A stretch of 32,000 bases of DNA, taken from positions 1,260,001 to 1,292,000 of the forward strand of contig NC_017448.1 of assembly GCF_000146505.1 (NCBI RefSeq), written 5' to 3'. Below, piece after piece: positions 1 to 7,222 of this stretch. The notes below the pieces were generated by a model that was not told the DNA's origin, made no database searches, and saw only the letters and a program-made list of their open reading frames with translations. Numbering within the stretch: position 1 is the first letter of the stretch; the number at the start of each line of letters is the position of its first letter. A program made the position numbers and the translations under genes. The DNA comes from Fibrobacter succinogenes subsp. succinogenes S85 (GTDB taxonomy: Bacteria; Fibrobacterota; Fibrobacteria; Fibrobacterales; Fibrobacteraceae).

Positions 1-680
1 TTGTGCGATGTAGCGTCTTCGGGCTTAATGTAATGGACATCGCCCACGGCAACGACTTCACGACCATACTTTTTCGCAAGTTCCACGTTGAATTCGTTCA
101 CGTGCTTTTGCTGCGGAATCCCGTTATCGCAAACCGAGATGTACAGGTGGTCGTGGTCAAAAATCTCGTTCAGGCGGTCCATGTACTCGAGCGCAAGGGA
201 ATCCCTGCCCGATGCCACATTCTGGCCGTAACAGCTAAAATAATCGCCCGCAATGGCGATAATGCCTTCCTTAAACTCGTTAATCGTCTCGAGCGGCACG
301 GACGGAATTTCTGCCCAGCGCTCCCCGTCTTCATAGCGGTAACTCACAATGCGGAGCAGATTGTAATAGCCCTTTTCGTTCTCGACGAGGAGCGTCAATC
401 GTTCAAAAGTAGTCGGATCTTTCTGGCTTGCGCTCGGCGTGTCCACGTAAATGTGACAGCCATAAACCGTCTTGACCGGCGGGAGCCCCTGCTCCTTGCG
501 CTTTTTGTTCAGTTCCTTGCCACGCGTCTGGATTTCAAGAATACCAAACATGGCACCATGGTCCGTCAAAGCAACAGCAGGTGCGTTTTCTGCTGCGGCA
601 GCCGCCAAAATATCATCAAGTCGGGCCGAAGCCTGCAAAATCGAAAATTCAGAATGAGTCTGTAAATGAACGAACGCCAT
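1..680 (-). CDS. dnaE: DNA polymerase III alpha subunit, N-terminal PHP domain (partial, continues past the left edge)
   Basis: Not in the supplied ORF track because it runs off the window. The reverse complement of 1..680 reads MAFVHLQTHSEFSILQASARLDDILAAAAAENAPAVALTDHGAMFGILEIQTRGKEL...IAIAGDYFSCYG...VGDVHYIKPEDATSH with no stop. The pattern is typical of a DnaE PHP N-terminus (HxH start, LTDHG, VxxxDxHY). The ATG is the complement of 678..680. The listed + ORF 3..665 is its antisense shadow. Confidence 0.8.
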   Translation of the reverse strand, partial: MAFVHLQTHSEFSILQASARLDDILAAAAAENAPAVALTDHGAMFGILEIQTRGKELNKKRKEQGLPPVKTVYGCHIYVDTPSASQKDPTTFERLTLLVENEKGYYNLLRIVSYRYEDGERWAEIPSVPLETINEFKEGIIAIAGDYFSCYGQNVASGRDSLALEYMDRLNEIFDHDHLYISVCDNGIPQQKHVNEFNVELAKKYGREVVAVGDVHYIKPEDATSH

Positions 681-709
681 GCTTGCAATTTAGTAAATAG
701 CTATGAGCA

Positions 710-1687
710 CTACTTATCTTGCAAGGGATATGAGGCAAGGAGTTCGCGGACTTTTCCCGCCACGTTCCCATATTTGCGTTCGTACTTTTTGCGGGTCGCC
801 CATTCCTTCGGGAGCGAAACCAAAGCCTCTAGCCAAGCCTTTGCAAGCGCCTTGCAAATAGCGACTTTCGAAAGCTTTTTCCCATCGCCAGACTGGCCGG
901 GAACACCGCCCTTTGCCATGTTCAGGTAACGCACAAAACCGCGCACCGGAAGCACCAGGATACTCCCCAACGGCAACAGACGAATCGCCGAACGCAAACG
1001 GTTGCGTTCCGAATAAAATAATTTCAAAGGAGAATAGCGCACCGTCGTCATCGAGCGTTCATGATACACTCTCGCCTCGGGGCAAAAAACGGTCTTGAAC
1101 CCCGCCAGATTGTGGCGGAAATACCATTCCGTCTCTTCAAAGAACAAGAAGAAGCTATCATCCATCTTGCCCGCCGCCTGTGCAGCCGCCTTGCGGAAAC
1201 TCATCACGGCACCATAGCAGCCAAAGACGTCCTTCTCGCGGATATCCGCATCAGATGCATCAAGACCACTGCCTTCATTTTTTGCAAAGAGGTCCGAGCC
1301 GAGCAAAACACCCACAGCATTCACAAAACCGCTCTTTTCCATCACGAGGCTTGCGACAGAACCCGCCTCCGGGTGGCGCTCAAAGCATTTGAGCAAATTT
1401 TCCGCCCACGTGGGGTCAAATTCCAAATCCATGTTGCAAAGCACCTGGATCTCGGAATCCATCTGTTCCAAAAGACCGTTACAGGCGCCCGCATATCCCA
1501 GATTCTTGGGGCATTGCGTAATCTGGCAATCCAGACCCTGTTTTTTCAGGAAATCAATGGAATCATCCGTCGAAGCGTTATCAAAAACAAAAACCCGAAC
1601 CGGACTAGACTGAGCCTTTAAACTCTTGACACATTCCGTAAGTTCCGATCCACCATTATAATTGATAATTCCAACGTCTATAACCAT
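710..1687 (-). CDS. Family 2 glycosyltransferase (rhamnosyltransferase-like)
   Basis: The N-terminus MVIDVGIINYNGGSELTECVKSLKAQSSPVRVFVFDNASTDDS is the classic GT-A/GT2 opening with a DNAS(T)DD motif. The ORF-track start at 1738 is a TTG. The first ATG is at 1687 (complement of 1685..1687) and lies downstream of a terminator-like hairpin, so I prefer 1687. Confidence 0.8.
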   Translation of the reverse strand: MVIDVGIINYNGGSELTECVKSLKAQSSPVRVFVFDNASTDDSIDFLKKQGLDCQITQCPKNLGYAGACNGLLEQMDSEIQVLCNMDLEFDPTWAENLLKCFERHPEAGSVASLVMEKSGFVNAVGVLLGSDLFAKNEGSGLDASDADIREKDVFGCYGAVMSFRKAAAQAAGKMDDSFFLFFEETEWYFRHNLAGFKTVFCPEARVYHERSMTTVRYSPLKLFYSERNRLRSAIRLLPLGSILVLPVRGFVRYLNMAKGGVPGQSGDGKKLSKVAICKALAKAWLEALVSLPKEWATRKKYERKYGNVAGKVRELLASYPLQDK

Positions 1688-1698
1688 AATAAACCCCC

Positions 1699-1736
1699 AA
1701 AAAAAGAAGGGCTCCCGAAAATCGGGGAGACCCTTC
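1699..1736 (-). terminator. Rho-independent terminator-like hairpin after the LamG lipoprotein gene
   Basis: The minus strand reads GAAGGGTCTCCCCGATTTTCGGGAGCCCTTC followed by TTTTTTT. This is an imperfect ~12-bp stem with two bulges plus a T-run, 28 nt after the stop at 1765. Confidence 0.5.
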
Positions 1737-1764
1737 AAATATACATTAAACCAGGAGTAAAAGA

Positions 1765-4425
1765 TTACTTTTCGAAGTAACGGATGTAATCGATTTCACC
1801 GACAAAGAAACGATCATGAATAGCCTGGTTCATGGCATCATAACCGATACCAATGTCGTAACCCAACTGAGACACATCGCCCTTAGCGGCAGCCTTAACC
1901 GTCAATTCGCCATCCTGGAACACCTTGATGGAATCAGCGCTGCGTTCTACGCGAATCGTGGTCCATTCATCAAGAGCAAGCTTTTTGCCATAAAGGGAAT
2001 TCCAAGTAGAGCCATCGGTGTTTTCATCGCGGAAATAAGCGTCAAGAACACCATCATCAAGACGGATAATCCAGCCGTCACCGAGGCGTCCAGGAGGTTC
2101 TGCCACGATGATGTTCTGCATGCCGCCAAACTTAGTCGGCTTTACGCGAGCTTCAACAGCGAAGGTATTGCGAATGAAGGTCGGAGAGAGATACACCTTC
2201 AAGCCAGAGTTGCCATCAAGCTTGACTGTCGTATCTTCGACCACCGGGGTTCCAACAAGGGCCTTCGTAGAATTGTTAGCCATTCTGTCAAGTCCCACAT
2301 AGGTCGGTTCGTTAAATTCCCAAGCGGCGAGAGGCTTCACTTCGGTCACAGAGGCATCATTAACATCGGAGAAACCTTCAAACTTGCCAAAGCGGATATA
2401 GTCCATTTCGCCAATGAAGTAGCGGTTGTGGAAAGCCTGTTTCATGGCATCATAACCAATACCCCAATCATAGCGCATCTGGGTCAAGTCACCTTCATAG
2501 GCAACAGAAACCGTAAGTACGCCATCCTGGAAGACCTTGAGGGAATCATTGCTGCGTTCAACGCGAACCGTGCTCCATTCACCGAGAGTCATTTTCTTGC
2601 CCGGGAAAATGTTCCAGTTATCGCCATCCTTGTCAGAATCGCGGAGATGAACCGTCAAAACACCTTCGTCGATGCGGAGCTGCCAACCATCAACACCGCG
2701 TCCAGGAGGTTCAGCCACAATGATATTCTGCATCGTACCGAACTGAGTCGGCTTTACGCGAGTTTCAAGCACGAATTCGTTGATGTTGATATCCTTAGCA
2801 AGGTCCACATAGAATCCAGACTTGCCGTTGAAAGCTGCGATACCGTCAATAGCGACAACCGAGCCTTCACCAATCAATGCCGTGTGACCGTTTCCAGAGA
2901 AATCACGGCCGACTTTGGCAGCGTCATTGAATTCCCATGCTGCAAGCCAATCACCTTCGACTTCAAAAACAGGTTCGACAACAGCAGTCGTATCAACAAC
3001 TTCTTCGACCGGTTTCTGTTCTTCGGGCTTCGGATCTTCAGACTTCTGTTCTTCCGGCTTCTGTTCTTCAACATCTTCCTTTACAGGGTCAACCTTTGCG
3101 GTTTCGGCAAGGTTTTCACCAAAGCGGATGTAGTCGATTTCGCCGTCAAAGTAGCGCTGATGGAGAGCCTGGTTCATGGCATCATAGCCAAGGCCCCAGT
3201 TATAGCCCAAGTCGCTGACATCGCCCTTGAAGTTAACAGTTTTCACCAAAGAGTCATTGATGAAGAAGCTGATTTCGTCACCAAGGCGTTCAACACGTGC
3301 AACCGTCCATTCGTTCATCGGAACAGAGGCGATTTCGAATTCAGACCAGCCTGTACCATTAGCGGCATCACGGATATTGAAATACAGCTTACCGTAGCCG
3401 AGGCGGAAAATCCAGCCATCGCCATAACGTCCAGGAGGTTCAGCAACCAAGATGTTATTGAAGCGAGAAGAGTTTGCCGGTTTGAAGCGGGATTCAACCA
3501 CGAAATCGTTAATCTTCAGATCCGGAGTCAAAGGAACGCTAAAGCCGGACTTGCCATCAAATTTGGCAACGCCATCGACAGTGGCAACAGCGCCTTCGCC
3601 GATAACAGCATTATGACCATTGCCAGAGAAATCGCGACCGACATTGGCAGCATCATTGAATTCCCAAGCGGCAATCCACGGACGGTCACCAAGAGTCGAT
3701 TTCGGATCTTCAGGCAACACTTCGCTGCTAGAAGATTCAACCGGAATGACGTAGATATCGAACGTGTATTCTACGCGGACAACGGCAATACGACCACTAT
3801 TGTTGCTACCGTCACCTTCCGTACGATCAAAACCAATGGTAAAATCACCATCCAAGTTCCCCAACTTGGTGGAATGCTTATAAGCACCGGCAATTTCACC
3901 ATTAACGATAAGGATGCTCAACGAGTCCACATGTTCCAAGCGAACATCGTTCCATTCCCCTTTCTGGACATCCTTATCGGCTTTAAGGACGCGCCATTCT
4001 CCTTCTTGACTGTCGCGCCACTTAAAGACGACTTCGCCATTTTCAACCTGAAGCGCCCATGCAGAGCCTGTGCCTCCAATACCCGCAGAAGCAACAGTAT
4101 ATGCATCAGCAGCATCCACCGCAACGTTTGCCTCAACGGCGAAGTTTTCTCCTTCAAAAGCAGAATCAGCAGAAACGGTCACCGCTTTCTGTTCAACTGC
4201 CGTTGTATCCATTTCCCACTGGTTCACCACAGCGTGGGAGCAGCGGGAAAGCTTCGTTTTAGCAGCGCTATAGCTCGTATTCGAAGCAACGATACCTGTT
4301 GCTTCGTTTGCAGACCCACCATCAACGTCACCAGCGACGAAAGACGATGTATTCGATTCCGAGCACCCCGCCAACACTCCAAACGAGGCCAGTGCTGCAA
4401 CGGAAGCTAATTTTTTTATTCTCAT
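1765..4425 (-). CDS. Secreted lipoprotein with four LamG/concanavalin-A-like lectin domains
   Basis: Signal peptide plus lipobox MRIKKLASVAALASFGVLAGC|SE, with GGAGGA 7 nt upstream of the ATG. Three clearly homologous ~200-aa repeats share AAWEFN(D/E)...VG.D.SGNGH...GKSGF.V.L...F..E.R.KP......NI.VAEPPGR..DGW..R...W...RVER....GYDAM.QA.H.R.F.GE.DYIR. One more divergent N-terminal copy is present. This matches my memory of the Laminin_G_3-type jelly roll. Confidence 0.8.
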   Translation of the reverse strand: MRIKKLASVAALASFGVLAGCSESNTSSFVAGDVDGGSANEATGIVASNTSYSAAKTKLSRCSHAVVNQWEMDTTAVEQKAVTVSADSAFEGENFAVEANVAVDAADAYTVASAGIGGTGSAWALQVENGEVVFKWRDSQEGEWRVLKADKDVQKGEWNDVRLEHVDSLSILIVNGEIAGAYKHSTKLGNLDGDFTIGFDRTEGDGSNNSGRIAVVRVEYTFDIYVIPVESSSSEVLPEDPKSTLGDRPWIAAWEFNDAANVGRDFSGNGHNAVIGEGAVATVDGVAKFDGKSGFSVPLTPDLKINDFVVESRFKPANSSRFNNILVAEPPGRYGDGWIFRLGYGKLYFNIRDAANGTGWSEFEIASVPMNEWTVARVERLGDEISFFINDSLVKTVNFKGDVSDLGYNWGLGYDAMNQALHQRYFDGEIDYIRFGENLAETAKVDPVKEDVEEQKPEEQKSEDPKPEEQKPVEEVVDTTAVVEPVFEVEGDWLAAWEFNDAAKVGRDFSGNGHTALIGEGSVVAIDGIAAFNGKSGFYVDLAKDININEFVLETRVKPTQFGTMQNIIVAEPPGRGVDGWQLRIDEGVLTVHLRDSDKDGDNWNIFPGKKMTLGEWSTVRVERSNDSLKVFQDGVLTVSVAYEGDLTQMRYDWGIGYDAMKQAFHNRYFIGEMDYIRFGKFEGFSDVNDASVTEVKPLAAWEFNEPTYVGLDRMANNSTKALVGTPVVEDTTVKLDGNSGLKVYLSPTFIRNTFAVEARVKPTKFGGMQNIIVAEPPGRLGDGWIIRLDDGVLDAYFRDENTDGSTWNSLYGKKLALDEWTTIRVERSADSIKVFQDGELTVKAAAKGDVSQLGYDIGIGYDAMNQAIHDRFFVGEIDYIRYFEK

Positions 4426-4548
4426 AGATCCTCCATTCTTGATATTATGAAAATAACATTTTCAAATATTCCAAGCAAGACCAAGCAACCCCCAACCTCA
4501 AAAAAAGTCAAAAAATTTTAAGATTTTTATGTCAAAATTAGACATTTT

Positions 4549-4597
4549 GTATCATCAGAATACACATCGTATCATGAGAATACAAATTTTATGATAC
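4549..4597. promoter_or_regulatory. GTATCAT repeat cluster in the divergent promoter region
   Basis: GTATCATcAGAATACA at 4549 and GTATCATgAGAATACA at 4569 match at 15 of 16 positions and are exactly 20 bp apart. An inverted GTATCAT copy lies at 4591..4597. Confidence 0.35.
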
Positions 4598-4660
4598 GCA
4601 TCACATTGACGCCGTTCAACAGAGCAACGCGGTCGCACACAAAATTCTATTTTATGGTCA

Positions 4661-5602
4661 ATGAAACAAGAAACGTCCAGTAGTAAGGTATTCGCCAAGC
4701 GTATCATCCAGCTTCTCGTAAGTATTGGCGGGTTCGCCTATATTTTCTATAAAATACCATTTAATGAAGTTGTTAAAAACTGGAATATAGGCATGACCCC
4801 GTGGGTAGTCGCGATGCTTATCGACGCAACGCTTGTCATGGCGATACAAGCTAACCGCTGGAAAGGTCTTTCCGTACAAGGTCCCGAGATACCGTTCAAG
4901 ACATACTATGCCTACACCGCCATGGGGTACTTTTTCAACAACCTTCTCCCCACTGGTTTTGGAGGCGATGCCGTCAAATCCCTTGCTTTTGGCAAGAACT
5001 ACAACCAGACAAGCCAATCCGTTTCAGCGGTGCTCATAGCCCGCATTCAGGGATTGCTCGCCATGTCCCTCTGCTTTTTTACCGCACTTCCCTTCGCCTT
5101 TAGCAAAGCGGACATCCCCTGGAGCTACACTTTAATCATGGCAGTGGCAAGCCTTGCCTGTATCATATTTATTTCACTTTGTCTGTTTTCGGATAAAATT
5201 CCTATTCCAGAGGCGATTTCAAACAAGCTTTCATTCATCCCCAAGTTGCAAAAGAGTCTTTCCATTTACCGCAAACATAAAAAACAGCTTTTACTTTCTT
5301 CGCTCGATTCCCTGTGGATCCAGTTTTTGACATTGTTTATAGCATACGCCTATTTCCGGGCAGTCGGAGTAGACATTGACATCAGCATTTTAGTTGTATT
5401 CATAAGCATCACTGTCGTCGTTTCGATGCTCCCGATTTCGCTCAACGGCATCGGGGTCCGCGAAGGAATCCATGTCGCATTGTTCACAGGGATTCTCGGG
5501 ATTCCTGCATCGATAGTACTTGCCGCAGGATTGCTTGGATACATTCCGGTACTTTTCCAGGCCGCCCAAGGTGCGGTCGTACTCATCGCCCGGAAGAAAT
5601 AA
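4661..5602 (+). CDS. Flippase-like / LPG_synthase_TM (UPF0104) family integral membrane protein
   Basis: Polytopic hydrophobic protein. Two pseudo-symmetric glycine motifs, LLPTGFGGDAVK and LPISLNGIGVREG, are characteristic of the lysylphosphatidylglycerol-synthase TM-region family as I remember it. Confidence 0.7.
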   Translation: MKQETSSSKVFAKRIIQLLVSIGGFAYIFYKIPFNEVVKNWNIGMTPWVVAMLIDATLVMAIQANRWKGLSVQGPEIPFKTYYAYTAMGYFFNNLLPTGFGGDAVKSLAFGKNYNQTSQSVSAVLIARIQGLLAMSLCFFTALPFAFSKADIPWSYTLIMAVASLACIIFISLCLFSDKIPIPEAISNKLSFIPKLQKSLSIYRKHKKQLLLSSLDSLWIQFLTLFIAYAYFRAVGVDIDISILVVFISITVVVSMLPISLNGIGVREGIHVALFTGILGIPASIVLAAGLLGYIPVLFQAAQGAVVLIARKK

Positions 5603-5621
5603 GATCAGACATTCAAGACAT

Positions 5622-5650
5622 AAAAAAAAGCCCCGCCGAGGCGGGAACTT
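5622..5650 (-). terminator. Rho-independent terminator between convergent genes
   Basis: CCCGC-CGAG-GCGGG hairpin (5632..5645). The A8 run on the + side gives T8 on the minus strand, so it is strongest for the minus gene ending at 5672. Confidence 0.6.
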
Positions 5651-5671
5651 TAAACTTCGCTTTTCGAAGAA

Positions 5672-6310
5672 TTATTCTTCGGCGAGGGCTTCCTTGTATT
5701 CATCGACGGTAGCGATATACTCGTCAATCATGTCTTGCTTGGAATCCAGGTAAGCAAGAATCTTTTCGAGGTGTTCCTTGGAGAACACGGTCTTGAGCTG
5801 GCGTGAAGCATGGCCCTTGTAGCCCCATTCCTTGAGAATTTCGTCGGTCACAACGAAAGAATCGTCGAGGGAAACAAAACGCATCGGACCGTAAACAGCC
5901 CAGTTGTGTTCCATCTGCATGCATTCCGGTTCTTCCATTTCCGGGTTTGCCATGTAGCGCTGCACGTGACGGGTACGCACATCCTTGATCTTATCGATAC
6001 GCATGTAACCCATGATGAGGTACTTGTTACGCATTTCGGAATCGCTCAAGCCTTCGTAGCGGGTACCGAAAAGAATGTAACGGCTTTTGCTCTTCACAAT
6101 CGTGTTGATTGCCTTCACATTGTAGCAGCTCATCAGACCATAGGTGCTGGTTTCGTAGTTCGGTTCGTAAAGAAAACCCTTTTCATTTTCATTCAGCTGG
6201 TCGCGGACAGGCATTTCGGACTGATGGCTAGTTTCGACATAAAGCAGGCTACCTGCCATGTTGCCACGGTAGTCTTGCCAACCTTCGAGATTGATCTGTG
6301 TTTTCGGCAT
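5672..6310 (-). CDS. Hypothetical cytoplasmic protein (212 aa), no family recognised
   Basis: Long ORF with native-like composition, its own terminator, and an acidic C-terminal helix (DEYIATVDEYKEALAEE). I recognise no motif. Confidence 0.55.
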   Translation of the reverse strand: MPKTQINLEGWQDYRGNMAGSLLYVETSHQSEMPVRDQLNENEKGFLYEPNYETSTYGLMSCYNVKAINTIVKSKSRYILFGTRYEGLSDSEMRNKYLIMGYMRIDKIKDVRTRHVQRYMANPEMEEPECMQMEHNWAVYGPMRFVSLDDSFVVTDEILKEWGYKGHASRQLKTVFSKEHLEKILAYLDSKQDMIDEYIATVDEYKEALAEE

Positions 6311-6412
6311 TTTATAAATCCACTCAAATAGTTTAAAGTTCGAAAATTAAAACGAGTACAAGCGGACCGAGTACGGTTCGTCAGTAACAATTATCAAAAT
6401 ACAATTTACTTA

Positions 6413-7222
6413 TTAAAAAGTCAACGACTCCGCCGAAATATTTTCCATTCCAAAGCGAAAAGCGCCTTTTTTGAAGAATTCTGCGGTATCGGTCGTCAAA
6501 TAATGCACTGAACCGCCCTTTGAAAGCCGATTTTCCATGTCCACATGGCGCTTGAGGTAGTCCAAAGTCTTGTCGGCGACGATATCGCCCTGGACCACCA
6601 AGCGGACATGCGGTGGAAGTGCGGCCCGAATTTCATCCTCGAGGAGTGGGTAATGTGTGCAGGCCAGTAAAACTGTATCGATTTCAGGGTCAGCCGCGAG
6701 CAGCTGGTCCACGTCCTTTTTCACGAAGAATCGGGCGCCCTCGGTCCCGCGTTCACCGTATTCCACAAGCGGCACCCACATCGGGCAGGCGTGCTGCGTC
6801 ACCTTCAAGTTCGGGAAAAAATGGCTGATTTCAAGAACGTAGCTGTTCGAAGAGACCGTCCCTGCGGTAGCAAAAATGCCAATATGCCCCGTTTTCGAGA
6901 AGTTCCCAATCTCTTCGGCGGTCGGGCGGACAATGCCCAAAACGCGACGGTCCGGGAATTCGACCGGGAGCACCTGTTGCTGGATGCTGCGGAGCGCCTT
7001 TGCCGATGCCGTGTTGCACGCGAGAATCACCAGCGGACATCCGCGGTGGAAAAGTTCGCGCACGGACTGGAGCGTATAGCGGTAAATCGTCTCGAAACTG
7101 CGGGAGCCATACGGCGCACGGGCATTATCCCCCAGATACAGGTAATCGTACTGCGGGAGCGTGTGGCGAAGCTTCTGCAAAATCGTGAGCCCGCCAAATC
7201 CAGAATCAAAGACGCCGATCAT
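6413..7222 (-). CDS. murI: Glutamate racemase
   Basis: MIGVFDSGFGGLTIL...YLGDNARAPYG...ILACNTASA...LLACTHYPLL shows both catalytic Cys motifs (ACNTAS and CTHYP) and the canonical N-terminus. Confidence 0.92.
   Translation of the reverse strand: MIGVFDSGFGGLTILQKLRHTLPQYDYLYLGDNARAPYGSRSFETIYRYTLQSVRELFHRGCPLVILACNTASAKALRSIQQQVLPVEFPDRRVLGIVRPTAEEIGNFSKTGHIGIFATAGTVSSNSYVLEISHFFPNLKVTQHACPMWVPLVEYGERGTEGARFFVKKDVDQLLAADPEIDTVLLACTHYPLLEDEIRAALPPHVRLVVQGDIVADKTLDYLKRHVDMENRLSKGGSVHYLTTDTAEFFKKGAFRFGMENISAESLTF

Noticed and set aside
3-665. 220-aa + strand ORF at the left edge
   Set aside because: Its sequence has no protein-like motifs (it is rich in R, V, F and H). It lies exactly antisense to a clean DnaE PHP-domain reading frame on the minus strand, so it is a shadow ORF.
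1816-4410. 864-aa + strand ORF
   Set aside because: It is the antisense shadow of the LamG lipoprotein gene. It has no start context, a low-complexity and unnatural composition, and the minus frame carries a signal peptide, an RBS and repeated domains.
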